This document shows positions 17,938 to 28,173 of a DNA stretch of 64,000 nt, piece after piece. The stretch is from positions 2,675 through 66,674 of the forward strand of contig JAZQUV010000046.1 of assembly GCA_045631465.1 (NCBI GenBank), in the 5' to 3' direction. The notes under the pieces are model-generated. The model searched no databases. It saw nothing but the letters and a program-made list of their open reading frames with translations, and was not told the DNA's origin. Made by a program: the position numbers and the translations under genes. Every line of letters starts with the position of its first letter. Position 1 is the stretch's first letter. The stretch comes from Candidatus Aphodosoma sp. (GTDB taxonomy: Bacteria > Bacteroidota > Bacteroidia > Bacteroidales > Paludibacteraceae).

Positions 17938-20114
17938 TATTTCACAACCAAAAGGCGGAATGTTTCATTTATATTTTCGCCTGAAACTTTCACTATATAC
18001 GCACCATTCTCGATGCTTACAAGATTGAATTGGCTATCCATACCAGGAGTTACCGCACCTACATATTCAGACATAATCAACTGACCATTAACTCCATAGA
18101 CTTTAACATCAACATTTTCGCTATTGCGTACAAAACCGATGTTAAATGCACCACTTGTTGGATTAGGATACAACATCATAGCACCAGCTCGCTCAACATC
18201 TTCTACGCCAGTATATAACTCTAACAATTTCAACAGACCTTTGTAGGCATCCACTTTACCATAACCCATCTCATTGTTAGGCAACTCGGAACCAGTAAAT
18301 TCGTCAGTGCGCGCAGTTTGAGCCAAGATATCCATAGCCTCCTCTGGGGTAAGTTTCCAATTATGCTCAAGCCAAGTAGCAATAATACCTGTAATGTATG
18401 GAGTAGCCATAGATGTGCCATCCATATAGCCATAATAGTGAGTATCACCATTATATTTTACAGATGCTGCTTCGATAAAAGCTGTAGTATTTGGCATAAC
18501 TTGTGGACTATTAGTGATAGACGAAACAATAGCCGAGCCAGGAGCCAAAATGTTTGGTTTGATACGACCATCAGGAGTAGGTCCTATATTAGAGAAATTG
18601 CAACGATGACCAAGAGTTTCTTTGAACTTTTCATGCTCACGAGTAGTATATGCACCTACCGAAATCACGCGTTTAGCTGTACCACCAATCTCATTTACAG
18701 TATATTGATTATCACCATCAATCCAACCTTCAAGACCTTTATTGCTCAAACCACCATATTGTCCATCTGCCCAAGCATGCACAATGCCAGCATCTTTAGA
18801 TTTCAATTCAAAACCAACAAAGACATTGCCTTCTGGCAATTTTGTCACATTAGGAATGAACATAATGTGAGGTTTTTGATTCAAAGGACTGATTTCGGTT
18901 GTAACTGTGAATTTCACTTGCACAATATTTTTTCCATTCTCATCCTTCATCAAACCAAAGAAAGACTTGCCAACAGCATCGGCTGTAGAGAAATAGTCGG
19001 ATTGATACAAAATAGTATCGTTATCCGCATCATAAACCAAAGCTTTGATTTCGAAATTATTATTCACTTCGCCCCACATATCGAGAGTAACTTGACGCAT
19101 TGATTTAAAATAGAAATCAGCGATTGAACGACCAAGAGTATCTTCTTCAGTAAAGACTTTAGACATATGAATTTTGCGTTTGCCATCGTTGCCCACAGCA
19201 CCACAAATAATTTTACCCTCACCTTGTAATTCATCCAAGATTTTGTCAAGAGTAGAAGTACCATCGTGAGGACCAGATTGTTGTCCGAGACTCATATTGA
19301 TTACAGCAGGACGACCTACTTCATCGGCATATTTAAATATATATTCAACTGCATTTGCCAACGAAGTAGAAACTTGTTGCATACGATAAGAAACCAACAC
19401 AACATCGGCATTAGGAGCAACACCGCTATAGCCGCAATTGTATTGATTATTAGAACCAGTAGCAATACCAGCCACGTGCATACCATGACCAATATTATCA
19501 ACTTGAGAATCGTATTTTTTATTTACCAATTCTGTAGGATTAGAATATTCGCGACCATAAGAATAACCTTCGGGGGTCACTCCACCGTAAGACTCTTGCT
19601 CCCATACGCGCACAATACGCGAAGCCGAAGCATTGCTATTCATAAAAGCAGGGTGAGTGTACTGAAAACCATAGTCGATAATACCAACAATCACATTACT
19701 ACCAAGATATGGACGAGTAGATTGGTCGGTACCCATATGGATTTTATCAACTCCACTCTCGGCATGAGCCACATTGAGTTGAGGATATACTGGTGTTGCC
19801 ATTTCGATATAGTAGATAGCCTCTTCCTTACCAAGAGCCTCAAGTTGAGAGACAGGTATAGTAGCAGTTACCACCTTCAACGATTCGAATTTACTCTCAA
19901 CCGACGCACCATACTTCTCTAACAAGGCAATATCAATAGCATCGTTGAAATGCACAAAAGCCGAGACAACCGAAGCCTCGCGATCGCCTTGAACCTCACG
20001 ACGAGTATTCTCGGCACCTAGCAAGTAGGCACGCGTGTAGTTAGACAGTTTGCTTTGAGAATATGCCACCAACGAGCATACACACATTAATAACAAAAAT
20101 AGATTTTTTTTCAT
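17937..20114 (-). CDS. S8 (subtilisin-like) serine peptidase with T9SS C-terminal sorting domain
   Basis: Signal peptide. Catalytic triad contexts VGIIDYG, HGMHVAGIATG and GTSMATPYITG. C-terminal YPNPTSGAFNI...VKVYGVNGQLI...GAYIVKV resembles a T9SS CTD. Confidence 0.9.
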   Translation of the reverse strand: MKKNLFLLLMCVCSLVAYSQSKLSNYTRAYLLGAENTRREVQGDREASVVSAFVHFNDAIDIALLEKYGASVESKFESLKVVTATIPVSQLEALGKEEAIYYIEMATPVYPQLNVAHAESGVDKIHMGTDQSTRPYLGSNVIVGIIDYGFQYTHPAFMNSNASASRIVRVWEQESYGGVTPEGYSYGREYSNPTELVNKKYDSQVDNIGHGMHVAGIATGSNNQYNCGYSGVAPNADVVLVSYRMQQVSTSLANAVEYIFKYADEVGRPAVINMSLGQQSGPHDGTSTLDKILDELQGEGKIICGAVGNDGKRKIHMSKVFTEEDTLGRSIADFYFKSMRQVTLDMWGEVNNNFEIKALVYDADNDTILYQSDYFSTADAVGKSFFGLMKDENGKNIVQVKFTVTTEISPLNQKPHIMFIPNVTKLPEGNVFVGFELKSKDAGIVHAWADGQYGGLSNKGLEGWIDGDNQYTVNEIGGTAKRVISVGAYTTREHEKFKETLGHRCNFSNIGPTPDGRIKPNILAPGSAIVSSITNSPQVMPNTTAFIEAASVKYNGDTHYYGYMDGTSMATPYITGIIATWLEHNWKLTPEEAMDILAQTARTDEFTGSELPNNEMGYGKVDAYKGLLKLLELYTGVEDVERAGAMMLYPNPTSGAFNIGFVRNSENVDVKVYGVNGQLIMSEYVGAVTPGMDSQFNLVSIENGAYIVKVSGENINETFRLLVVK

Positions 20115-21430
20115 GATATAAATATTTTTACTTTTTTCGTTTTATCTGTAACTGCATAACGAGCATCAACTCGATGCCCAACAACCCACACAATATCATC
20201 ACCCGAAGTGAGCAACCAAAGTTGCTCCTTTTCGCTTGTAGAGAATTTCTTGTCCACAAAAAAATCGCTCAATTTTTTACGCCCTTTCATTCCAAAAGGG
20301 ATGAACCAATCGCCTTGTTGCCAACGTCTTAATCGCAATGGATATTGCAACTTGTCAGCATCGAGACAGGCTACATTCGATGACTTAATGAGTTGGAAAT
20401 CGGCAATATCGACCTCTTTTATTTCTATACGGATTGGAGATTCAAGAATAGTATCTGTTTTTGAGATTGAGACGCAATGTATTGCGTCTCTACTTTTAAT
20501 AGTGCTTAACTCCAAATATTCGCGTTCGACCACAATGCGATGAGTTGTAGAATAGAACTGTTTGCCTGATATATTATCATCAAGACTGCGATATAGCTGC
20601 ATGACCACATCAGACGAAAAGCCATATGGGGTCAACCAAAGGAACAACAAAGTGTCAATACCGTGACATTTTTTCAACTCTTGCAAATCAAACACAACTT
20701 GCTCATTATCAATCGCGACAACTCGTTGATACGCCTCGGTGGCATAAGCCTCGACAATAGTATGCGCAGAGGAAATAAATCGCATGTTATTGGCCATTGT
20801 GTCAAGGAATGAGGGATTTATCTCTTCAAACTGTGGGAGAATTTTATGACGCAATTTATTACGAGTATAGATAGTTTCGAGATTGGTGGCATCAATGCGA
20901 TATTGCAACTCAAACTCGGCAATATACTCCATAATTTGCTTGCGCGACACCTTTAGCAAAGGGCGCACCACCCTACCACGCAACTCTGCCATACCCGACA
21001 AACCTTGTAGGCCAGAACCTCGAGTGAGATTAAGAAAGAAAGTTTCGACAACATCATCGGCATTGTGAGCCACAGCAATCAAATCGCAATTATGCTCATC
21101 TGCCATCTGTTCAAACCACTCGTAACGCAAATCGCGAGCAGCCATTTCGATAGAAACTTTGCGTTCTGCGGCATCCTTTTCTGTATCAAAATCGACCTGA
21201 CAATAAGGAAGTTGATACTTAGTTGCAAGAGACTTTACAAAGTCGGCATCTTCGTTAGACGCATCGCCACGAAGGTGGAAATTACAATGTGCCACAACAA
21301 TAGAAAACCCCTCTCGATGTAGTACATCAAGCAAAACAATCGAGTCAGGTCCTCCACTAACCGCCACAAGCAGACGTCTCGTGCCTTGTAGCGGCGCACA
21401 TTGTTGTATTTGTCGACGAATATATTTCAA
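20111..21430 (-). CDS. tilS: tRNA lysidine(34) synthetase
   Basis: 439-aa ORF with PP-loop VAVSGGPDSIVLL. Its stop overlaps the S8 peptidase start (ATGA). Confidence 0.92.
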   Translation of the reverse strand: MKYIRRQIQQCAPLQGTRRLLVAVSGGPDSIVLLDVLHREGFSIVVAHCNFHLRGDASNEDADFVKSLATKYQLPYCQVDFDTEKDAAERKVSIEMAARDLRYEWFEQMADEHNCDLIAVAHNADDVVETFFLNLTRGSGLQGLSGMAELRGRVVRPLLKVSRKQIMEYIAEFELQYRIDATNLETIYTRNKLRHKILPQFEEINPSFLDTMANNMRFISSAHTIVEAYATEAYQRVVAIDNEQVVFDLQELKKCHGIDTLLFLWLTPYGFSSDVVMQLYRSLDDNISGKQFYSTTHRIVVEREYLELSTIKSRDAIHCVSISKTDTILESPIRIEIKEVDIADFQLIKSSNVACLDADKLQYPLRLRRWQQGDWFIPFGMKGRKKLSDFFVDKKFSTSEKEQLWLLTSGDDIVWVVGHRVDARYAVTDKTKKVKIFIS

Positions 21431-21748
21431 TTACGCTTCACCACCGCCAAACATTGGAGGGATATAAGTACCACCATTGTTTGAACCATTATCAGTTTTG
21501 ATTTTACCAAATTGATTTTCGTATCGTGCAACATTATCTTGCAAAGCAAACAAAAGACGTTTTGCGTGCTCAGGAGTCAAGATAATACGAGATTTCACAT
21601 TTGCTTTTGGTGCACCAGGCATGATGCGCACAAAATCAACAACAAATTCGCTTGACGAATGAGAAATAATCGCCAAGTTAGAATAAATACCTTCAGCCAC
21701 TTCGGGAGTAAGCTCGATTTTCAATTGATTTTTATCTTTATTTTCCAT
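21431..21748 (-). CDS. DUF3467 domain protein
   Basis: 105-aa ORF. YSNLAIISHSSSEFVVDF...LTPEHAKRLLFAL pattern typical of DUF3467 as I recall it. Abuts the tilS start. Confidence 0.75.
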   Translation of the reverse strand: MENKDKNQLKIELTPEVAEGIYSNLAIISHSSSEFVVDFVRIMPGAPKANVKSRIILTPEHAKRLLFALQDNVARYENQFGKIKTDNGSNNGGTYIPPMFGGGEA

Positions 21749-21785
21749 TGTATTTATTTTTTAAAGACAAAATAACATGATAACA

Positions 21786-21793
21786 CAAATTTA
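21786..21793 (-). promoter_or_regulatory. candidate -7 box (TAAATTTG)
   Basis: TAnnTTTG on the - strand 38 nt upstream of the DUF3467 start, inside the loop of a 13-bp inverted repeat (AAAGACAAAATAA / TTATTTTGTCTTT). Confidence 0.35.
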
Positions 21794-21839
21794 TCTTATT
21801 TAATTATTTTGTCTTTTTTATATTATCCTTCTATCTTTA

Positions 21840-22259
21840 TTATAATTCATCGAAATCAAAGTCGTCTTCATCAACAAAAAAAGGAGTGTCGTCGAAAAAC
21901 TCATCAAGGTCGCGACGATCTTTTTTAGTTGGACGACCAAGACCTTTTGCTCTGTTATTAGCCTTATCGAGTTTGAGCATTTCCCAAAGTTCGAGTTGAT
22001 CTGGCGTAGTAACTTGCTGCATATATTCAGGCACAAGTTTTGCGCCAAGTCGATTTTGAGAAAGAGCTAACACCTTGAACGAGAAGATAACAGGCTGACG
22101 ACGCACTTGTATGACATCACCCACCTTAATCATTCGAGAAGGTTTCATTGGCATACCATCAATCATAATATGCCCTTTTTTACACGCTTCGGTAGCAATA
22201 GAACGCGTTTTGAACAAACGCATAGCCCACAACCATTTATCTATACGAACTTCAGACAT
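21840..22259 (-). CDS. hslR: RNA-binding S4 domain protein (Hsp15/HslR-like)
   Basis: 139-aa ORF with VRIDKWLWAMRLFKTRSIATEACKKGHIMIDG S4 motif. Confidence 0.8.
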   Translation of the reverse strand: MSEVRIDKWLWAMRLFKTRSIATEACKKGHIMIDGMPMKPSRMIKVGDVIQVRRQPVIFSFKVLALSQNRLGAKLVPEYMQQVTTPDQLELWEMLKLDKANNRAKGLGRPTKKDRRDLDEFFDDTPFFVDEDDFDFDEL

Positions 22260-22315
22260 ATCTTGTAAGTTGGAAGTTGAAAATTAATAGCTGATAGAAA
22301 CTTCCAAATTTCAAA

Positions 22316-22879
22316 TTATTTATTATTATATTGGTTCATTGTGATATTGAGTCCAGCAAGACAAAAGCTTTTGATTATATCGCAAGCAACAGCGATACGC
22401 TTGCCTTTTTCGGCTTCTTGCTCGGCAGAAAACCTACCCAACACATAATCAACTTGTCCGCCTGGATGGAAATCGTTGCCAATACCAAAACGAAGACGGG
22501 CATAATTTTGAGTGCCAATAAGTTCTTGAATATTTTTCAAACCATTGTGGCCTGCATCACTACCCTTACCTTTCAAACGCAGAGCACCAAAAGGGAGAGC
22601 TAAATCATCGACAATGACCAATACTTGCTCGACTGGAATATTCTCTTGTTGCATCCAATATCGCACAGCATTGCCCGAAAGATTCATGTATGTAGATGGT
22701 TTGAGTAGGATAAGTTGGTGACCTTTAACCTTAGCAGTAGCGACAGCACCATAACGCTTATCCTCAAAAACAACATTGGACGCTTCAGCAAAAGCGTCCA
22801 ATGTGTCGAATCCTATATTATGACGAGTATGAGCATATTCGCTACCGATATTGCCTAACCCGACAATTAAATATTTCAT
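22316..22879 (-). CDS. pth: peptidyl-tRNA hydrolase
   Basis: 187-aa ORF with [21 protein letters not shown] and GHNGLKNI motifs. Confidence 0.95.
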   Translation of the reverse strand: MKYLIVGLGNIGSEYAHTRHNIGFDTLDAFAEASNVVFEDKRYGAVATAKVKGHQLILLKPSTYMNLSGNAVRYWMQQENIPVEQVLVIVDDLALPFGALRLKGKGSDAGHNGLKNIQELIGTQNYARLRFGIGNDFHPGGQVDYVLGRFSAEQEAEKGKRIAVACDIIKSFCLAGLNITMNQYNNK

Positions 22880-22885
22880 AGATTA

Positions 22886-23461
22886 TTATTTACCGCTTTT
22901 AGCTTGAGCACCACGAGCAGCACGAGTCAATTTAACAGCACATACTACTGCGTTAGCAGCGTTAAGGATTTCGAGGTTTTCGAATTCGAGAGCACGTACT
23001 TGGATAGTTTTACCAAGTTCGAGAGACTCAACGTTGATAGTAAGGATTTCTGGGATGTGGTTGTAAAGAGCTTTAACGCGAAGTTTACGCATTTCGAGAG
23101 CCAATTTACCACCGGCACGTACACCAGCTGCAAGACCTTCGAGTTTAACAGGAACTTCCATAACAACTGGTTTATCTTCAGTTACTTGATAGAAGTCGAT
23201 GTGGAGAACTTGGTCAGATACTGGGTGGAATTGGATTTCACGCATAACAGCTTTCACTTCTTTACCATCGATGTTAAGAGCTACAACGAAGATTTCTGGA
23301 GTGTAGATCAATTTACGAAGGTCAGCCATTGTAGAAGAGAAGTGAATATTTTCACCTACACCATAAAGTTCACAAGGGATGCTACCGTTTGCACGAACTG
23401 CTTTTGTTGCTTTTTTGCCAAGGTCAGTACGAACTGTACCTTTCAATTCAAATGTTTTCAT
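22886..23461 (-). CDS. rplY: 50S ribosomal protein L25 / general stress protein Ctc
   Basis: 191-aa ORF. The R..G.IP...YG pattern and QFHPV..QVLHIDF are typical of L25/Ctc. Confidence 0.92.
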   Translation of the reverse strand: MKTFELKGTVRTDLGKKATKAVRANGSIPCELYGVGENIHFSSTMADLRKLIYTPEIFVVALNIDGKEVKAVMREIQFHPVSDQVLHIDFYQVTEDKPVVMEVPVKLEGLAAGVRAGGKLALEMRKLRVKALYNHIPEILTINVESLELGKTIQVRALEFENLEILNAANAVVCAVKLTRAARGAQAKSGK

Positions 23462-23558
23462 TCTGTTTGTTTTGTTTTTAAAAATGTGTTACTCAAAATT
23501 TTAGCTTTCTTTTGGAGGGCTAAATTTCCCATCACACGACTAGCGTGAAAAGCGGATG

Positions 23559-23566
23559 CAAAGTTA
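23559..23566 (-). promoter_or_regulatory. candidate -7 box (TAACTTTG)
   Basis: TAnnTTTG on the - strand about 95 nt upstream of the rplY start. Confidence 0.4.
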
Positions 23567-23605
23567 CAATTTTTTTTTTATTCCACAAAGTTTTTATATA
23601 ACTTT

Positions 23606-24739
23606 TTAATCAACTATCATAAAATCACTTATAATCGAGTCGGATATATAGATTCCTTTATGAGTCAGACTGAGTCGACCATTGAGAATGTGCATATTAC
23701 CTGCATCGATATATTTCTTGGCTTGGCGCAAGAGTTGGTTATAACGAAATTCGCCAAAGCGGATGCGGAGGTCTTGCAAATCAACGCCTATCTTTGTGCG
23801 CAAAGCTGTAAAAACTAACTCATTAAACCGTTCGTCGGGGCTCAATACCTCCTCACTCTTAAAGTTTAATTTATCACTCGTAAGTAAATTATTATATTTA
23901 ATAGTGTGAGCAATATTGTACCAGCGCTTTTCGCCATCAAAAGAGTGAGCACTTGGACCAAGACCTAGATAGCGCATACCATGCCAATAGCCTGAATTGT
24001 GGAGAGAATAAAAACCTGGTTTAGCATAATTTGAGATTTCGTATTGCTCATAGCCAGCAGAGGTCAAGCGAGTAGATAGTAGTTCGAACATATCGGCAGC
24101 AACATCTTCATCGAGAGGTTGCAAGCGATTAAGCTCCATAAGTTTGGTTATTTTGGAGTCGGGCTCAAACATGAGAGAATAGGCAGAGATGTGTTGTACA
24201 CCTAATTCAAGAGCTTTATCGATTGAATAGTTGAGCGACTCAAGTGTTTGCACAGGGAGGGCAAACATGAGGTCGATAGTTATATTCTCGAAACCCGCCT
24301 TTTGTGCTCTGAGCACAACATCGAATGCTTCTTGCGATGTATGTCGACGATTGAGCCATTGGAGTTCGTCGTCGCAAAAACTCTGCACTCCAATACTCAA
24401 ACGATTGATAGGAAGAGAGCGCAATTGAAATAGATATTCCTCCGTGAGATCGTCGGGATTGCATTCGACAGTAAACTCCTCGACTGCAGATATATCCCAT
24501 CGTTGAGCGATGGCATCGTATATTCGCTGAAGTTCATCAACAGATAATAGAGAAGGTGTGCCACCGCCAAAATAGATAGTACGCATAGGGTCTGAATCGA
24601 AAAAGTCGAGATAGTGGTCCATCTCTGCAATGAGAGAGGCAACAAAATCTTGTCGGAGAGAAAGATTGGTTCCCGACATAAAATCGCAATAGATACACTT
24701 TTGCGTACAGAATGGGATGTGAATATAAAGTCCTGCCAT
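23606..24739 (-). CDS. hemW: radical SAM family haem chaperone HemW
   Basis: 377-aa ORF starting MAGLYIHIPFCTQKCIYCDF (CxxxCxxC radical SAM cluster). Confidence 0.9.
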   Translation of the reverse strand: MAGLYIHIPFCTQKCIYCDFMSGTNLSLRQDFVASLIAEMDHYLDFFDSDPMRTIYFGGGTPSLLSVDELQRIYDAIAQRWDISAVEEFTVECNPDDLTEEYLFQLRSLPINRLSIGVQSFCDDELQWLNRRHTSQEAFDVVLRAQKAGFENITIDLMFALPVQTLESLNYSIDKALELGVQHISAYSLMFEPDSKITKLMELNRLQPLDEDVAADMFELLSTRLTSAGYEQYEISNYAKPGFYSLHNSGYWHGMRYLGLGPSAHSFDGEKRWYNIAHTIKYNNLLTSDKLNFKSEEVLSPDERFNELVFTALRTKIGVDLQDLRIRFGEFRYNQLLRQAKKYIDAGNMHILNGRLSLTHKGIYISDSIISDFMIVD

Positions 24740-24747
24740 AGCGACAA

Positions 24748-24755
24748 CAAAGTTA
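24748..24755 (-). promoter_or_regulatory. candidate -7 box (TAACTTTG) very close to the hemW ATG
   Basis: TAnnTTTG on the - strand ending 8 nt before the ATG (24739-24737). Confidence 0.35.
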
Positions 24756-24800
24756 CAACAAAAAGGCGGATAAATAAAATAGAATTAAAAAAAACAGAAA

Positions 24801-24834
24801 AAACTTCATTCACTATAGTAAATGAAGTTTTTTT
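24801..24834. terminator. bidirectional intrinsic terminator downstream of ridA
   Basis: AAACTTCATT-(10 nt)-AATGAAGTTT, flanked by A-runs and T-runs on both sides. Confidence 0.65.
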
Positions 24835-24860
24835 GGAAGGGATTGCTGTATAAAATATTA

Positions 24861-25238
24861 TTATTTACCAGCGATAGTTTCGATTTCAACGAGAGCACCC
24901 ATTGGAAGAGCTTTTACTGCGAAAGCAGAACGAGCTGGGCATTCTGTTTGATAGTATTGTTTGTAAACTTCGTTCATAGCTGCAAAGTCAGCAATATCTG
25001 AAAGAAATACAGTAGTTTTTACTACGTCGCAAAAATCGTAACCAGCTTCGTTGAGGATAGCTTTTACGTTTTTGAGAGATTGATGAGTTTGTTCAGCTAC
25101 GCCACCTTCTACGAATTTGCCAGTAGCAGGGTCGATTGGAAGTTGACCAGAGATGAACAACATACCATTTACTTGGTTAGCTTGGCTGTAAGGACCAATT
25201 GCTGCAGGAGCATTGCTAGATGCGATAATTTTTTTCAT
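24861..25238 (-). CDS. ridA: RidA family reactive-intermediate deaminase
   Basis: 125-aa ORF with APAAIGPYSQA...ISGQLP and VEIE motifs of the YjgF/RidA family. Confidence 0.92.
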   Translation of the reverse strand: MKKIIASSNAPAAIGPYSQANQVNGMLFISGQLPIDPATGKFVEGGVAEQTHQSLKNVKAILNEAGYDFCDVVKTTVFLSDIADFAAMNEVYKQYYQTECPARSAFAVKALPMGALVEIETIAGK

Positions 25239-25297
25239 AGTTGTTTGTTTTTTTTGAATGATACATTATATAATATAGATGATCTATATTCTAAAAA

Positions 25298-27439
25298 TTA
25301 CATTATTATTTGATTTATAAGAATAACAATATCTTCGTCGGAAAGGCCGAGAGCTTGTAGATATGAGGCATGAGCAATCATTTTTTCGGCAAACTTTATA
25401 TCGTTATCTAAAAGAGACTTAGCACGGCGATAATAGTCGCGAGCAATATCTTTGGCTTGCAAAGCCCAAAAAGTGTGACCAGCGAAGAATGCATCGTCGA
25501 TTGAAAAATCTTTGTGCTGAGAAAGACGATCATAGTAGGTCATTGCCTTATCATAGTCGGCTAAGAGGAAGGCACATTGAGCGATGCCAGACTGAGCCTT
25601 GTAATTATTTGGTCGAAGATACTCTACTTTGTGATAAAGAGCCCGAGCTCGATTGTAATCCGACAGAGAGAGATGATAATTGGCATAATTAAGCATCGTG
25701 ACGAAATCGTCGTCTTTTAGGCGTAGAATTGCCTCATAGCAATTGACTAGCTGGTCATTAAGGTTCAACTCGCGGTAGCATAGAGCCTTACGTTTGAGAG
25801 TCCAAATATCGTCGGCTTCGAGGAGGTCGGCTTTCTCATAGCAATCGAGAGCCTCACGCCAACGAGTAAGTTGCTGATAGCAATAGCCCATTTGCTGATA
25901 GAAATAAGCGTCCCACACTTGCTGAGCATCGAGATATTCGAATAGAGGCAAAGCCTCGAGAAAATGTTCGACCTCGAAGAGATATTTGCAGATTGATTTT
26001 TTCAACTCTTGAGGCAATAGAGAAAATACAAATGTATTTTTGTCGAACTTATCGATAGAATTGAATGGATTGACGAAATCGGCACGACGTGGGTATAGAC
26101 GATAAAAACGGAAAATATCGAGCACATAGTTGCGCAGCTCGACAGCATAAATATTATGGTTATTTTGCTTCCAATTTTCAGAGTCGATATCTTCGCGTAT
26201 AGCCTCGGCATCAGCCCCCATGCCAGACATCATAGATTTGAAATTGGCGGCTGGGATTTGAGCGATGCTATAGAAGAAAGAGTATTTGTCGGAACTACAG
26301 ATGTGGGTAGATTCGGCAAAAAAGCGCAATAGATCTGGCATATCGGACATTTGACGGGCGACATCTATCTGCTTGACATCGAAAGGCATGAACCAATGAG
26401 CAATATTATTGAAAAAGGTGTAACCTTTCATACTTGAGAAGGTGCTCATATAGACATCGGCCCCTTGTTGTTGCATATCGCCGAACTCGCGAAGTTTGGC
26501 AGAGACACCTTCGTCGTCCATCAGCGCCTTCTCCCACTTAGGGTTGAACTCCTCGTCGTTGAGAGGGTCGGCCCCTTCGTCTTGAAGGATTTGTTGTAAC
26601 TTGGCACCTGACTTAAAGATTTCGGGATAGATTTCGGTAGTAATCTTTTTTGTGACCTTATCGGTGCCAAAGGTGTTGATTATGTGTTTATAAGCTCTTT
26701 CGACATCGGTAATAAATAGCTCGTCGGCAAAGAGGATTTGAAGTTTTGACGAGAGTTTGGAATCGCGCGCAACACGAGATGAGAAGTGAGACAGAATCAT
26801 TAAGAGACCCACTACGGCACGTGCACGCAGGCGCGGTTCGTCAGCACGAGATAGCTCGATGAAAATATTGAGAACCGCAGCATCGTAGACACGTAGACCT
26901 TTGAGCATCAGGGCAGAAAGAAGCATTTGTTGGGCAGTGGTCTCGATTGCGGGATCGGAAAAGAAGGCGATTAACTGATTGTATCGTTCGCCTGAGATTC
27001 GTGATTCGAGCCATACGAAGCGAAAAGCACAACTCAAAGTCTCGGTTTTTTGCTCGGTATAGGTAGTGTCTGCTAGTTGTAAAACATCGGTTATAGTTTT
27101 CCAATCGATAGTAGAAATATTTTCGATGCGGCGCTGCTGATAGTCGTAAGTAACACTAAGTTTGGCATATAAGGCATCTTGTATGTCATCGAGCAAGAGG
27201 TAGAGGTCGTCTTGCAGTTGAGCAACAATACGAGAACGGTCGGGGTCGTAGTAATCGCCAAGTGCATAATGTAGCATTTGACTAAAAAGACCCTCTAATT
27301 CATCGCAACGAGAAATAGCCCACCACTGTTGTAGCTCTTTGAGAAGGATGCGTATACGCACAAAAACGAGAGCGAATAATTTGGTGTCGATTAGCCGCGA
27401 TGTCTCTTTAATAATTTTTTGTATTTCTTTGTTGCTCAT
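25298..27439 (-). CDS. TPR-repeat protein of unknown function
   Basis: 713-aa ORF. The C-terminal third has recurring TPR-like A..Y..A... repeats (WREALDCYEKA, ARALYHKV, YDKAMTYYDRL, ARDYYRRA). 26-nt gap to the upstream crp-like gene. Confidence 0.7.
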   Translation of the reverse strand: MSNKEIQKIIKETSRLIDTKLFALVFVRIRILLKELQQWWAISRCDELEGLFSQMLHYALGDYYDPDRSRIVAQLQDDLYLLLDDIQDALYAKLSVTYDYQQRRIENISTIDWKTITDVLQLADTTYTEQKTETLSCAFRFVWLESRISGERYNQLIAFFSDPAIETTAQQMLLSALMLKGLRVYDAAVLNIFIELSRADEPRLRARAVVGLLMILSHFSSRVARDSKLSSKLQILFADELFITDVERAYKHIINTFGTDKVTKKITTEIYPEIFKSGAKLQQILQDEGADPLNDEEFNPKWEKALMDDEGVSAKLREFGDMQQQGADVYMSTFSSMKGYTFFNNIAHWFMPFDVKQIDVARQMSDMPDLLRFFAESTHICSSDKYSFFYSIAQIPAANFKSMMSGMGADAEAIREDIDSENWKQNNHNIYAVELRNYVLDIFRFYRLYPRRADFVNPFNSIDKFDKNTFVFSLLPQELKKSICKYLFEVEHFLEALPLFEYLDAQQVWDAYFYQQMGYCYQQLTRWREALDCYEKADLLEADDIWTLKRKALCYRELNLNDQLVNCYEAILRLKDDDFVTMLNYANYHLSLSDYNRARALYHKVEYLRPNNYKAQSGIAQCAFLLADYDKAMTYYDRLSQHKDFSIDDAFFAGHTFWALQAKDIARDYYRRAKSLLDNDIKFAEKMIAHASYLQALGLSDEDIVILINQIIM

Positions 27440-27465
27440 ATAAGCAGTGTGTAAGCAATTAAGGT

Positions 27466-28167
27466 TTAACCTAATATACTAACTTTACGCAAGGTTGATT
27501 CGTTAAGAATTTTGATTTTTTTTCCGACCAATTCGATCATTTCCTCGTTGTTGAAAGCTGCGAGGGTGCGAATTGCATTAGAAGCAGTCATATTGGCAAA
27601 TCCAGCAAGGTCTTCACGAGAAAGGAAGCCTTTGAGGAATTTAGTTTCGGGATCGATGCCATAGGTTTCGATTAGGATAACCAAAGCTTCGGCAAGACGA
27701 CCACGAATGTGCTTTTGTGTTAGGCTAACGATTCGCGAATCTATATCACCAAGGTCGGCAGAAAGATTTGTTATAAATGTCATAGCAAGGCGATTGTTAG
27801 ACTCAAGAATCTGACGAATAACATTCAAAGGGACAGCATAAGCCTTGACGCTTTCGAGCGCAGAGGCAGAAGTTACGTATTTTCCTCCTGCAAAATAGGC
27901 GCGATATGCGAAATTTTCGCCCTCTTTGACAAAGCGCAAAATCTGCTGACGGCTGCCTACTCCATCCTTGAAAATTTTGATTTTTCCGGCTATTACACAG
28001 TAAAGGAATTCTGGAATTTCGCCTTCTTTATAAATAAGTTCATTTTTCTTAAACTCCTGATATTTAGTATTTTCGCGAAGATACATACGTTCTTCATGTG
28101 TAAGTGCAGACCATATATCCGACATCTCGTCGATAGGCCGCAAGCCCTTGAGTGAACTTTTTACCAT
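27466..28167 (-). CDS. Crp/Fnr family transcriptional regulator
   Basis: 233-aa ORF with a cNMP-binding-like N-domain and a C-terminal HTH (SREDLAGFANMTASNAIRTL). Confidence 0.85.
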   Translation of the reverse strand: MVKSSLKGLRPIDEMSDIWSALTHEERMYLRENTKYQEFKKNELIYKEGEIPEFLYCVIAGKIKIFKDGVGSRQQILRFVKEGENFAYRAYFAGGKYVTSASALESVKAYAVPLNVIRQILESNNRLAMTFITNLSADLGDIDSRIVSLTQKHIRGRLAEALVILIETYGIDPETKFLKGFLSREDLAGFANMTASNAIRTLAAFNNEEMIELVGKKIKILNESTLRKVSILG

Positions 28168-28173
28168 TAAAAT

